From contig JBFWNU010000009.1 of NCBI GenBank assembly GCA_050250895.1, forward strand, positions 198,488 through 262,487: a stretch of 64,000 nt of DNA. The letters run 5' to 3'. The position numbers were made by a program, and so were the translations under genes. This document shows, in pieces, positions 38,888 to 48,400 of the stretch (position 1 is the first letter of the stretch; every line of letters starts with the position of its first letter). Origin of the DNA: Vulcanimicrobiota bacterium (GTDB lineage: Bacteria; Vulcanimicrobiota; Xenobia; Xenobiales; JADMJV01). The notes under the pieces are model-generated. The model searched no databases and was not told the DNA's origin. It saw nothing but the letters and a program-made list of their open reading frames with translations.

Positions 38888-41508
38888 CAGGGTTTACCCA
38901 TGGGAGCGTGCCAGAGAATCTCGGACAGAGCGGGGGGGTGGGTGAAGACGGCCAGAAGATGCCCCTGATCGTCTCCCAGAAGGGCCGAAGTGGCTGGGGC
39001 TGCCCCAAATTTCTGACACAGCTGCTCGAATCGGACCTTCTCAAAGCGCGGATTCTTCGGTCCCACCAGTTCGAGCGAAGGCAATGGCGATTCTGCGGCG
39101 GCCCGCAGCAACCACAACTGCAGCGGTTTGTCGGTGTGACCCAAGACCAGAGGTCGTTCTTCGGGGCGGGAAGCGGCCAGGGTTCGCACCTCCAGTCGGC
39201 CGGTTCGCTCGGACAGGTCATAGTGATGGCCGGCTGCAACCTGGTCAAATCGCTGGACTCGCCCCGACGGCCAGCGCACCGTCAAGCGAACGGGGCCATT
39301 GGCCAGCGCGAGCGTCTGAACAAAGCTGTTCTGCCCCCCGAAACCATTGCCGACCGTCACCTGGCTGGTTTGACGCCGTTTGCCCTGCTCGACTGTCAGG
39401 ACGGCCCCGACCGCGTCCCGATTCGACCAGGACCGGCGGTCGCCCGGGGTGGCCCCACCCTGTAAACGCAGGCTCAGCCACGATGCCCCTCGCGTCTGGT
39501 TGCGATAGAGAGCTAGCGAGGGCCGATTGAGGCTCACCACGGCCAGATCGGGCCGACCATCGGCGTCCAGGTCGGAGATAGCGCATCCCCGTCCGTCCGC
39601 CACAGAATTGAGGCCGCTCAAACCAGACACAGACAGAAAACGTCCGTCTTCAGTCTGGGCGAAGGCGTGATTCTCTTCGAGCCCTCGACGCGTCCTGCCC
39701 AGGGGGCCGCGGCTCTTGCCCGGCGCCGTATAGAGCCCGGCCGGAAAGAAGATATCCTGGCGACCGTCACTATTGAGATCGACGAATTGCCCACCAGAGC
39801 CATAGTCGACCTCTTCGAGCCAGGGTCCATCGACTGCCCGGAATCCGTCTGCCGTGTTGCGATACAAGCGATTGCCGCGCAGACATTGGGTCGAATAGGG
39901 GGCGTGGGCGAAGGCTCTGCGATTGAGGGTCGTGTTGGTCACCAGCAGGTCCAGACGGCCGTCGCCGTCATAGTCGGCAACCGACGCGCCACGGGGATTG
40001 AGCAGCTTCTGCTCGACTCCGCCGCCCAGCGGGTTGAAGCCACCGGCCCCGGTGCTGTAGAAAAGCGGGCTGCGCTCCAGAGCCGGCACGACGAGGTCCT
40101 GATGGCCGTCGCCGTCCATATCGGCGCACACGCCCGCCAGAGCATAGAATGGAGTCGGGTTGGAACCGGTCACCTCGAATTTCTGGCCCAGGTTGTGTAG
40201 CAACAAGCACTTGGGCTGGCTAAAGGAGAACACGATCAGGTCTAGCCGGCCGTCACGGTCTGCGTCGGTCGGTATGATGTTGGAAACGTCCCTCAAGGCT
40301 GGTAGCACGCTGCCGGGGCGGAATTTTCCCTGCTCGTTCGCCAGCAACAAGAGAGAGCGGGCTCCACCGAGCACGAGGTCGCGGTCGCCGTCGTTATCGA
40401 GGTCGGCGAAGACGCAAGCCCCGTAGAACTCGGGAAGGTCGAGGCCGGCCTCCTGGTCGCCGCGCCGAAACCCCCCGCCAACATTCTTCAACCAGAAACT
40501 GCCGCCGGTCCGTCGCGAGACGAACAGATCGTCGAGCCCGTCGAGGTCGATGTCGGCAGCCACGATGGTTGGTTTGCGCTTAAGGCCCAGGTACATTGGC
40601 ACATCCACGTCTGAACCGCTGCGGTCGGCTTGCAGAATCAGGGCTTCATAGGGCGATTGCTCTGACCAACCGAGGGTCTCGAGTGAAGGGACCCATTGAC
40701 TGGTGGCCTGCTCGAACCAGGGTTGATCCGTCTCAGCCTGGCGAAGTGCGACCCGAGGAAGGCCCACGAGACGCCAGTTGCCGGCTTGTTCTCGGCGGTA
40801 GCGAAACCAGAGGTTGCCGGCCACCACCCTGAATCGACCATCCTTGGTGCGAAGCTCGAGTGAAACACGCGCCTGACCATCCCACTCGCGCTCGCTTGGG
40901 TCCAGGAAGCGACCATCGACGAAGGTGGCGCGAACGTTGTGGAAACAGGCCACATCGTCCAGCAATCGCCCCAAGATTGCAGCCGGGTCAAACGCGCGCA
41001 CCTCGGTGCCAGGCATGGTCTCGATCACCTGCCAGGAGCAGCCGAGTGCCTGCTCGACCGAGGTGTCGAGGGAAGGGCCGAAGAGTTGAGGCTGAGCCCG
41101 AAGCCCGAGCAACTTCGTTGGCAAGCGCAGCTCCATCAGGGCCCTGGCGGCGGCCTGTAAATCGGGTTCTAGCTCGTCGCAGAGCAGGAGAGCCTCGGCG
41201 GCGGGAATTCGCCAGGTTGCCTCGATGCCTGAGTAGATTAGAGCCCGGCCGTAGAGCGCCCCCGAGAGCGGGAGCAAAAAGGCCACTGTCAGAGCCGTCT
41301 GGCGTTGTCCAGGCAGACGCCATCTCCAGCACAGCAGAAGACCCAAGACCACCAGAAACAGGCGCAGGGCCGCAATCAACCACAACACCTTGCGATTTTC
41401 GACCTCGGGTTCATCCAAGACCCACAGTCCCACCACGGGACCGGATAGCAGGGCCCCGGTGAAGACAAGCACCAGGCCCAACAAGCGATCGCGGGTCCAA
41501 AATTTCAT
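38887..41508 (-). CDS. CRTAC1-like protein: N-terminal TMs, FG-GAP repeats, ASPIC/UnbV domain
   Basis: Repeated DxDxDGxxDL motifs (DIDLDGLDDL, DLDNDGDRDL, DYDGDGRLDL); NRDAVGA, VRWPSG. Confidence 0.88.
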   Translation of the reverse strand: MKFWTRDRLLGLVLVFTGALLSGPVVGLWVLDEPEVENRKVLWLIAALRLFLVVLGLLLCWRWRLPGQRQTALTVAFLLPLSGALYGRALIYSGIEATWRIPAAEALLLCDELEPDLQAAARALMELRLPTKLLGLRAQPQLFGPSLDTSVEQALGCSWQVIETMPGTEVRAFDPAAILGRLLDDVACFHNVRATFVDGRFLDPSEREWDGQARVSLELRTKDGRFRVVAGNLWFRYRREQAGNWRLVGLPRVALRQAETDQPWFEQATSQWVPSLETLGWSEQSPYEALILQADRSGSDVDVPMYLGLKRKPTIVAADIDLDGLDDLFVSRRTGGSFWLKNVGGGFRRGDQEAGLDLPEFYGACVFADLDNDGDRDLVLGGARSLLLLANEQGKFRPGSVLPALRDVSNIIPTDADRDGRLDLIVFSFSQPKCLLLHNLGQKFEVTGSNPTPFYALAGVCADMDGDGHQDLVVPALERSPLFYSTGAGGFNPLGGGVEQKLLNPRGASVADYDGDGRLDLLVTNTTLNRRAFAHAPYSTQCLRGNRLYRNTADGFRAVDGPWLEEVDYGSGGQFVDLNSDGRQDIFFPAGLYTAPGKSRGPLGRTRRGLEENHAFAQTEDGRFLSVSGLSGLNSVADGRGCAISDLDADGRPDLAVVSLNRPSLALYRNQTRGASWLSLRLQGGATPGDRRSWSNRDAVGAVLTVEQGKRRQTSQVTVGNGFGGQNSFVQTLALANGPVRLTVRWPSGRVQRFDQVAAGHHYDLSERTGRLEVRTLAASRPEERPLVLGHTDKPLQLWLLRAAAESPLPSLELVGPKNPRFEKVRFEQLCQKFGAAPATSALLGDDQGHLLAVFTHPPALSEILWHAPMGKP

Positions 41509-41561
41509 CGCCCCCAATTCTGCCCGGCAGGACTAAACCCTACCGCGGTAAACGCTGGCGC

Positions 41562-42308
41562 GTGAGCCAGGTCTGGGAGGCTATCGAGGAATATCAACAA
41601 GCGCTAGGCTGGAGCACGGTGCTCGATGCCGGCACGGGACACAGCTCCTTAGGGTGGCTGACCAGGCTGGAATGCCAGGTCTGGACGGCGGTGACGGCAA
41701 GCCCCAAGCGATATGCAGACCTTCAGGCCGACCTGGGTGCTTCGATTCGCTTGCAAGACCGCCTCGTTCTAGGCAACTGGCTCGACGAGCAACTGCTCGA
41801 CCGGCAATGCTTCGACGTAGTGGTGGCTCACTATCTCTTGGGCGCGCTCGAGCGTTACAGCCCATATTTCGAGTTCGCACTCCTCAAGCGCCTTCGTCGC
41901 CACGCATCGGGTCGGCTCTACTTTGTGGGGATGGAGCCGTCGCGCAAGTTCGCTAGTCAGGAAGAGCATCTGATGCACCAGCTTTTCTGTTTTCGCGACG
42001 CCTGCTACCTGCACGCCGGCTCTCGGGGTTATCGAGAATACCCGATGAACTGGGTGCAAGAGCGCCTGGGCGAATGCGGATTTCGCACCCTAGAAACGGC
42101 GGTCTTTCCAAACATTTACGGCGAGAATTATCTCGAACAGTTCTTCAACGCTTGTCGCTACCAGTTAGCCGAGATCGGCTGCCCCGAACTCAGAGCAGTG
42201 CTCGAGCAGCGAGCCGACAGCCTGCACGCTTCGACTCTGGAGGCAGTCCAGCGCCACCATCGCTTGCGCGCGGGCTTTGACTATCTCATCGTGGCCGAGG
42301 CAGTGTGA
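41562..42308 (+). CDS. Class I SAM methyltransferase-like protein
   Basis: VLDAGTG, FDVVVAHYLLGA, GRLYFVG.EP. Confidence 0.75.
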   Translation: MSQVWEAIEEYQQALGWSTVLDAGTGHSSLGWLTRLECQVWTAVTASPKRYADLQADLGASIRLQDRLVLGNWLDEQLLDRQCFDVVVAHYLLGALERYSPYFEFALLKRLRRHASGRLYFVGMEPSRKFASQEEHLMHQLFCFRDACYLHAGSRGYREYPMNWVQERLGECGFRTLETAVFPNIYGENYLEQFFNACRYQLAEIGCPELRAVLEQRADSLHASTLEAVQRHHRLRAGFDYLIVAEAV

Positions 42309-43348
42309 GCCGGGCTTTCGCCACCGTCTTGCGAGCCGCCCGGGGTCAGCCAGTCGGACCGCCCGAACTTCTCGAGGGCGAGTGGGGCCGCCTGACCGAG
42401 TTGCTGGTCCACCATGGCTTGCTGGTGCCGGTGGCCCGAGAGTGGCTCGCTGAGGAAGTCACACTGCCGGGGCGCGTGCGCGATTTCTTGCTCCGGGCGC
42501 AGCGGCAGCACGCTCTGCGGGCTAGCCAGCAGCTACAGGTGCTAACCAGTTTGGCGGAGCAGTCACCGATCCCAATATTGGCATACAAAGGCTTGCCCCT
42601 ATCAGCTCTACTCTACGGAGACCCGTTGGAGCGAAGCTCGAGCGACATCGACATCTTGATTCACCCCGCCGACCTGCAACCCGCTGTCAAGTTTCTAGAG
42701 CGACTTGGCTTTCGCCAGCGCCTGCCCCGTCCTCTCGAGGGCGAGCTACTCGCCCTGCTGGCCCGGACGGGAAACGAGCTCAGCCTGGAGTGGGAGGGCG
42801 TCAGCCTCGACCTTCACTGGCGACTGCTGCCCACCTATCTGAGCTGTCTTACCACCGAAGAGCTTTTCGAGCGCAGCCAGGTCTGGCAGTGTGGCTCAAC
42901 CGCGGTCCGAGTGCTATCCCCCCGAGACCGGGTGGCCGCGATCTGCCTGCACGCCACTAAGAGCTGCTGGGAGAAACTGCGCTGGCTGCGCGATCTGGAT
43001 GCCGCCAGAGAGGTGGCTCAGGTGAACAGCCCCAGTGGAAGGGCCGAAGAGCTCGGCTGGAGATTGCTCAATTTGCTCGAGCGCTCTCCCGCGGACCCCT
43101 GGGAGAGTTCGCTGCTCGAGTCCTGGTGTCACCCGCGGGGGCGCGGCCCCGGCCAGCGACGCCTGATGATCGCACACTCGCTCGGTCGCCGATGGAGTGC
43201 TCTCCGATTTCTGACGGGCTTTGCGGTCACTCCGACGGCGCTCGATTACTCGAGCCGACAGCTTCCCCGCGCCCTCTGGGGTCTCTATCCCTTCCTGCGC
43301 CTCTGGTCGCTGGTTGTCAAAGGCTCAGAAACGCAGGAAAAGCTCTGA
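42305..43348 (+). CDS. Nucleotidyltransferase family protein (NTP_transf_5-like, lasso-cluster associated)
   Basis: YKG..L...LYG...RSSSDIDILI, LDLHWRL, LHATK..W.KLRWLRD. Confidence 0.87.
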   Translation: MSRAFATVLRAARGQPVGPPELLEGEWGRLTELLVHHGLLVPVAREWLAEEVTLPGRVRDFLLRAQRQHALRASQQLQVLTSLAEQSPIPILAYKGLPLSALLYGDPLERSSSDIDILIHPADLQPAVKFLERLGFRQRLPRPLEGELLALLARTGNELSLEWEGVSLDLHWRLLPTYLSCLTTEELFERSQVWQCGSTAVRVLSPRDRVAAICLHATKSCWEKLRWLRDLDAAREVAQVNSPSGRAEELGWRLLNLLERSPADPWESSLLESWCHPRGRGPGQRRLMIAHSLGRRWSALRFLTGFAVTPTALDYSSRQLPRALWGLYPFLRLWSLVVKGSETQEKL

Positions 43349-43350
43349 AG

Positions 43351-44604
43351 GTGCCGCAAGTGGTCGCCATGACGGAGTGCAACACGCTGACCGCATTCTG
43401 GAGCGACTTTTGCCGCAACCACTGGGAGTCCAGACCCGGACAGTTTCCGGGCTTCTTCTCGAGCCCCATCGCCAGCCCCACAGAACTCTTTCAGGCCTGC
43501 TTGGACAAATCCGGAGCCGGTGCCTCGGATCGCATCTGGGTGGCCAGCCAGGACAGCTATCAAAAGGTTGACTATAGCAAGTTTGGGCCGCGCACCGAGG
43601 ATGTCGATCTGGATGGCTTCTTCGAACGGATAGATCAGAACCTGAAAGGAAGGCCTTTCGGTCTCAATCGCCACGCTCTCCAGCTAGGCTCGGCCGAGCT
43701 GTGGTTTCGCTTTCGCCAGTTCCTGCGCGATTTTCATGAGCTTCTCGGGTTGCCTACCGGACGCTGGGATATCGATACCTTCTGGGGCACCTACGCCGCT
43801 ACTCCGTTCGGTATCCATGTCGACAACGCCAGCGTGTTCGCCATCGGAGTCAAGGGCTATCGCACCTACTACACCTGGCCCCGAGACTACTTCGAGGAGG
43901 ATGACCCAGCCCTGCACAGTCCCGACCCCGGGGTTATCGACCCCCACAAAGCCGAGGCCGTTCGCCTGGAACTGGGCCCCGGTGATATGGTCTATTGGCC
44001 GTCGAGCCATTGGCACGTAGTGACCTCCGACGGCAGCCCGTCGGCGGTGATCCAGCTCAGTTGCTATTTTGACTTCGACCTGGCCCAGGTGGTGGGCAAC
44101 CTGTGCCAACGGCTGGTGAAGACCCAGGCCGATCGATTCTACGGACAGGGTAGCGACCTTCCAACCTGCCTGGCCGAGGCGGGGCGCTGCGTCGAGGAGA
44201 GCCTGGGCGAGCAGTTAGAAACATTTTGGCTCAAGCGGTATACCGCCGACGCATTCTGGCAATACCCGGCCATGGAGCCGGCCGGCGGATTACCATCCTC
44301 ACTTCGCCTGGAAGAACGGGGACGAATAGCCTGGCGCGAGAGTGGCGGGGGCTCGCTGGTTGGCTGCAACGGCCACGTTCTACGCTCAGCCCTCAAGCCC
44401 GCGGACCTCGAGGCCGGGTTGAGGGACATCGCTAGCCTTCCGGCCGGGTTACAGACGATGCTCTATCGCGCCCGCGGGCTGCGACCTGACGATAAGTCGA
44501 GCCGCGCCGACAACTGTGGACTCTTACGCGAAGACGTCGACCTTCGGGAAATGCGTCGTGGGTGGACGCGCAGGGAGGAACGTGACGGGTCGCCCGGTCG
44601 ATAG
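43351..44604 (+). CDS. JmjC/cupin-like Fe(II)/2-oxoglutarate oxygenase
   Basis: FGIHVD (HxD), G.R.Y..WP, LGPGDMVYWPSSHWH; start 43351 or 43369. Confidence 0.8.
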   Translation: MPQVVAMTECNTLTAFWSDFCRNHWESRPGQFPGFFSSPIASPTELFQACLDKSGAGASDRIWVASQDSYQKVDYSKFGPRTEDVDLDGFFERIDQNLKGRPFGLNRHALQLGSAELWFRFRQFLRDFHELLGLPTGRWDIDTFWGTYAATPFGIHVDNASVFAIGVKGYRTYYTWPRDYFEEDDPALHSPDPGVIDPHKAEAVRLELGPGDMVYWPSSHWHVVTSDGSPSAVIQLSCYFDFDLAQVVGNLCQRLVKTQADRFYGQGSDLPTCLAEAGRCVEESLGEQLETFWLKRYTADAFWQYPAMEPAGGLPSSLRLEERGRIAWRESGGGSLVGCNGHVLRSALKPADLEAGLRDIASLPAGLQTMLYRARGLRPDDKSSRADNCGLLREDVDLREMRRGWTRREERDGSPGR

Positions 44605-44632
44605 TGACATTCGCCAACGCGACCCTATGGAA

Positions 44633-45100
44633 TCACTTCTTGCCGAGCAAGCCACTAAAGGGGATGTGAGTGCCGAACTCGGTCAGGCTGTTGACGAAGC
44701 TCTTGAGGGCGCTCTCCTTGGAGGGGTCGAAGGCTTTGCCGTTGTGGTGCACCTGGACGACCTTGCCCACTAACGCCGACTTGGGCAAGATTTGGGCTTT
44801 GCGCTGGCCGTCGTGGGTGACGGCGAGAAAGCTGTCTTCAGCGGTGATCTTGAGCTTGATGAAGCGGCGCAGCATCAGGTCTTTGCCTGAGCGCACATAG
44901 ATGACATCGCCGGCTTTGAGCTTGGTGAAGACAGTGGGCTGGAGTTCGATCTCCGATCCCGGGGGCACCAGCGTCTTGAGGTCGGAGTGGGTGATGCGGA
45001 GCTTTTTCGACTTGCCCGATTGAAAGGCTTGGGCAGCGATGGATGCAGTGTTGAGATCGCGAGCCACGCTCGCCTGGAAGGTTGAATAGTCGTTCGCCAT
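44633..45100 (-). CDS. S24/S26 peptidase-like fold protein, catalytic motifs degenerate
   Basis: LRITHSDLKTLVPPGS...LKAGDVIYVR...LRRFI...LVGKV; SD AGGAGA. Confidence 0.55.
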   Translation of the reverse strand: MANDYSTFQASVARDLNTASIAAQAFQSGKSKKLRITHSDLKTLVPPGSEIELQPTVFTKLKAGDVIYVRSGKDLMLRRFIKLKITAEDSFLAVTHDGQRKAQILPKSALVGKVVQVHHNGKAFDPSKESALKSFVNSLTEFGTHIPFSGLLGKK

Positions 45101-45305
45101 ATCTTTCTCTCCTGGTGGCCTTACCCATCGCCCCTGGCGGCCGATAATAGGATAGCATGGGACTTTGGGGCTAGTCGACCCGAAATTCCTACTATGCCAG
45201 ACGTATGCCTCCGAACGAACCGCTCGGTTTAAGCCGCAATCGAGCAGGGCAAAGGTATCTGTTGCTAAAAGGTTGCCAGGCCCAAAACTGAGTTCGGAGG
45301 TACAA

Positions 45306-46337
45306 ATGTCCCAAGGCAAACTGGTCACGCTGACCCGCCATATCCTCGAGGAGCAGACGAAATTTCCCGAGTCGCGGGGTGCCTTCACCAGAATCCTGTG
45401 GGATCTGACCCTGGCCTTCAAGATCGTCAGCCGCGAGGTCAACAAAGCCGGACTGGTCGAGATCCTGGGCGAGACCGACGACAACAACGTCCACGGCGAG
45501 ACCGTGATGAAGCTCGATCGCTTTGCCGACGACCGCATCTTCAAGGCTATGGACCACGGCGGCCAGCTGTGTTGTATGGCCTCGGAGGAGTGCGAACATC
45601 TGATCAAGATTCCGGCCCGCTTCGAAAAAGGCGACTATGTGCTGGTGTTCGACCCCCTCGACGGCTCGTCGAACATCGACAAGAACGTCTCGATCGGCAC
45701 CATCTTCTCGATCTTCAAGCGCCTGGGCGGCAGCGGCGACGGTGAACTGGCCGATGCCCTGCAGGCAGGCGTCAAGCAGGTCGGAGCCGGATATGTCATC
45801 TACGGCTCGTCGACGATGTTGGTCTACACCACCGGCCGCGGCGTGCACGGGTTCACCCTCGACCCTTCGGTAGGCGAGTTCTTGCTCAGCCATCCCGACA
45901 TCAAGATTCCCGAGCGAGGCAAGGTCTATAGCATCAACGAGGGCAATTACAACTATTGGGACCAGGGCACGCGCGACTTCGTCGATTATCTCAAGACTCC
46001 CGACGCGACCGATGGTCGTCCTTATTCGTTGCGCTACATTGGTTCGCTGGTGGCCGACTTCCACCGCAATCTTCTGGCCGGCGGAATTTTCCTGTATCCG
46101 ACCGACTACAAGGACCCGGACAACCCCAGGCCGAAGCTGCGCCTCCTCTACGAAGCCGCCCCGCTGGCTTTCATCGTGGAACAGGCCGGAGGCCTGGCCA
46201 CCACGGGTGAGCAGCGAATCATGGAACTCACACCGGGCTCGCTACATGAACGGGTTCCGCTGATTATCGGCAGCAAGTGGGAAGTCGAGAAATACTGCGA
46301 GTTCTTTCAGCGAGCAAAGAGCGCTACCACTGCATAG
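45306..46337 (+). CDS. fbp: Fructose-1,6-bisphosphatase class 1
   Basis: NVHGETVMKLD, SEE, FDPLDGSSNID, SINEGN, RYIGSLVADFHR, KLRLLYE. Confidence 0.97.
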   Translation: MSQGKLVTLTRHILEEQTKFPESRGAFTRILWDLTLAFKIVSREVNKAGLVEILGETDDNNVHGETVMKLDRFADDRIFKAMDHGGQLCCMASEECEHLIKIPARFEKGDYVLVFDPLDGSSNIDKNVSIGTIFSIFKRLGGSGDGELADALQAGVKQVGAGYVIYGSSTMLVYTTGRGVHGFTLDPSVGEFLLSHPDIKIPERGKVYSINEGNYNYWDQGTRDFVDYLKTPDATDGRPYSLRYIGSLVADFHRNLLAGGIFLYPTDYKDPDNPRPKLRLLYEAAPLAFIVEQAGGLATTGEQRIMELTPGSLHERVPLIIGSKWEVEKYCEFFQRAKSATTA

Positions 46338-46348
46338 CCGGAGCCTAG

Positions 46349-47698
46349 ATGCCCAAGAGAACCAAGATCTACCTGCTCGACACGAGCGTCCTCCTTCATC
46401 GTCCTGAAGCCATCTTCTCGTTCGGAGAACACGATGTGGTCATTCCCATCGTGGTGCTCGACGAGCTCGACAACTTCAAGAAAGGCTCGATGGAGATCAA
46501 CCGCAATTCGCGCCAGGTCATCGGCCTGTTTGACGACCTGCGCAATCGCGGCCCGGTGAGCCAGGGTATCGAACTCGAGACCGGAGGCACACTCAAGGTC
46601 GATGTGGTCTATATTCGCAAGGCCGGCGAGCAAATGCCGCCCGGCTTCGGCAACAACGTCGACAACCTGATCCTGGCCACGGCCGTCGGTATCAAGAACG
46701 ACAACCCCGGTCGCAAGGTGGTGCTGGTCACTAAAGACATCAACATGCGGGTCAAGGCCGAGGCGCTGGGGCTGGTGGCCGAAGACTATCGGGCCGACCA
46801 GATTGTCGAGATCAACGAGCTCTACACCGGTCATCAAGACCTTACGGTCGAGTCCGGGCTGGTCTCGCGCATCTATGAAGAGCGCGAACTGCCCATCGAT
46901 GCCCTCAATCTCAACGGCCACAAGCTCTACCCCAACCAGTTTGTGATGCTAGCCGCGGCCGAATCGTCGTCGACCGCCCTCACCCAATTCGACGGCGAGA
47001 GCCTGCAGCTGCTGCGCGACCCGCGCCACGACATCTGGGGTATCCGACCGCTCAACCGCGAGCAACGCTATGCCATGGAGATACTGCTCGACGACCAGAT
47101 TCCGCTGGTCACCCTGGCCGGCAAGGCCGGCACGGGCAAGACCATCCTGGCCATCGCCTCGGGCCTGCAGAAGGTCATGAATGACAAGATCTATCGGCGC
47201 CTGGCCATTTATCGCCCGGTCATTCCCATGGGTCGCGATATTGGCTATCTGCCGGGCACCGAGCAAGAGAAGCTCTCGCCCTGGATGCAACCGATTTTCG
47301 ACAACCTCGAGTTCTTGCTCAACGAAGGCGACCGGGGCAACAAAAAGGGCGGCACCAGCAAGCTCGACTATCTCATCGACTCGAACGTGCTCGACATTCG
47401 CGCCCTGACCTATATTCGTGGTCGCAGCTTGCCGCAGCAGTTCATCGTGGTGGACGAAGCCCAGAACCTGACCCCCCACGAGGTGAAGACCATCATCACC
47501 CGAGCCGGCCACGGCACCAAGCTGGTACTCACCGGCGACCCGTACCAGATCGATAGCCCCTATCTCGACGCCACCTCGAACGGGCTGACCCACGTGGTCG
47601 AGAAATTCCGCGGCCAGAAGATGGCCGCCCACGTCACCCTGGTCAAAGGCGAGCGTTCGCCCCTGGCCGAGCTCGCCTCGACCTTGATGGAACGCTAG
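46349..47698 (+). CDS. PIN-PhoH (PhoH2/YlaK-like) protein
   Basis: LLDTSVLL PIN motif, DN.IL, TKDINMR; GKAGTGKT, RGRS, DEAQN, GDP.QID. Confidence 0.92.
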   Translation: MPKRTKIYLLDTSVLLHRPEAIFSFGEHDVVIPIVVLDELDNFKKGSMEINRNSRQVIGLFDDLRNRGPVSQGIELETGGTLKVDVVYIRKAGEQMPPGFGNNVDNLILATAVGIKNDNPGRKVVLVTKDINMRVKAEALGLVAEDYRADQIVEINELYTGHQDLTVESGLVSRIYEERELPIDALNLNGHKLYPNQFVMLAAAESSSTALTQFDGESLQLLRDPRHDIWGIRPLNREQRYAMEILLDDQIPLVTLAGKAGTGKTILAIASGLQKVMNDKIYRRLAIYRPVIPMGRDIGYLPGTEQEKLSPWMQPIFDNLEFLLNEGDRGNKKGGTSKLDYLIDSNVLDIRALTYIRGRSLPQQFIVVDEAQNLTPHEVKTIITRAGHGTKLVLTGDPYQIDSPYLDATSNGLTHVVEKFRGQKMAAHVTLVKGERSPLAELASTLMER

Positions 47699-48160
47699 AT
47701 GCCGGCCCACGAGAAAGCCTTATACGCCTTCGCTGAAGAGGCCGAGACCCAGTATCGCCGCCTGGCCGAGTTCGCTCGCTCGCTGGGGGTCGAATCGGCG
47801 GCCGAGATGTTGGGCGAAAAGGCCGGCTGGATGCGCACCATCCTCGATGACCGCGATTCGGCCGAGCGCCCCTCGGCCGAAGAGCAACTCATCAAAGCCG
47901 AAGCCCTGTCCGAAGCGCGCCCCATTCTGGTCGAGCTGCAACAGCGGCTGCAAGCGGCCCTCGAGAACTGGCCCCCTGATGGACCCGAAGCCTTCCAGCA
48001 ACTGGCTCGCCAGGTAGGCCAGGCGGCCGACCGCATGGCCAGCTTGTCGGCTCAGCGCACCCACGGCACCCAGGCCATCAAGAAAAAGCGCCGCCGCTGG
48101 GGCGCCGAGCCGCCAGCCGCCACCGAGCCGCCCATCTTTCGCCCCCCCACCAAGCGTTGA
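47699..48160 (+). CDS. Hypothetical helical protein
   Basis: ATG directly after the PhoH stop; host-like codon use. Confidence 0.55.
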   Translation: MPAHEKALYAFAEEAETQYRRLAEFARSLGVESAAEMLGEKAGWMRTILDDRDSAERPSAEEQLIKAEALSEARPILVELQQRLQAALENWPPDGPEAFQQLARQVGQAADRMASLSAQRTHGTQAIKKKRRRWGAEPPAATEPPIFRPPTKR

Positions 48161-48396
48161 TCTTGCCGTATCGCTACGAGGTTATCGAGGGGAAGCTTTA
48201 CGCGACGGCCCCGCCCACCATCATTCACCAGATCCTGTCGAAGCGGCTTCTCTTCCAACTCTACGAACTCGAGTTGGCCGGCGACGGCTATCGTATCGAC
48301 ACGGTTCTGGGCGCCGAGGATCGTCACTGTCCGCCCGACCTGGCCGGGGTGGAGTTCGATATGCGGAAACTGTTTGCGGACCTCCCCGCGGATTGA
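48157..48396 (+). pseudogene. Uma2-family endonuclease remnant with central in-frame deletion
   Basis: RYEVIEGKL..PPTIIHQ (N-term) joined to C-terminal LAGVEFDMRKLF; PD/EV.S core absent. Confidence 0.65.
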
Positions 48397-48400
48397 ACCT

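Noticed and set aside
46349-48160. PhoH2 toxin-antitoxin module
   Set aside because: No small upstream antitoxin gene (fbp ends 11 nt before); nothing supports the downstream ORF as an antitoxin.
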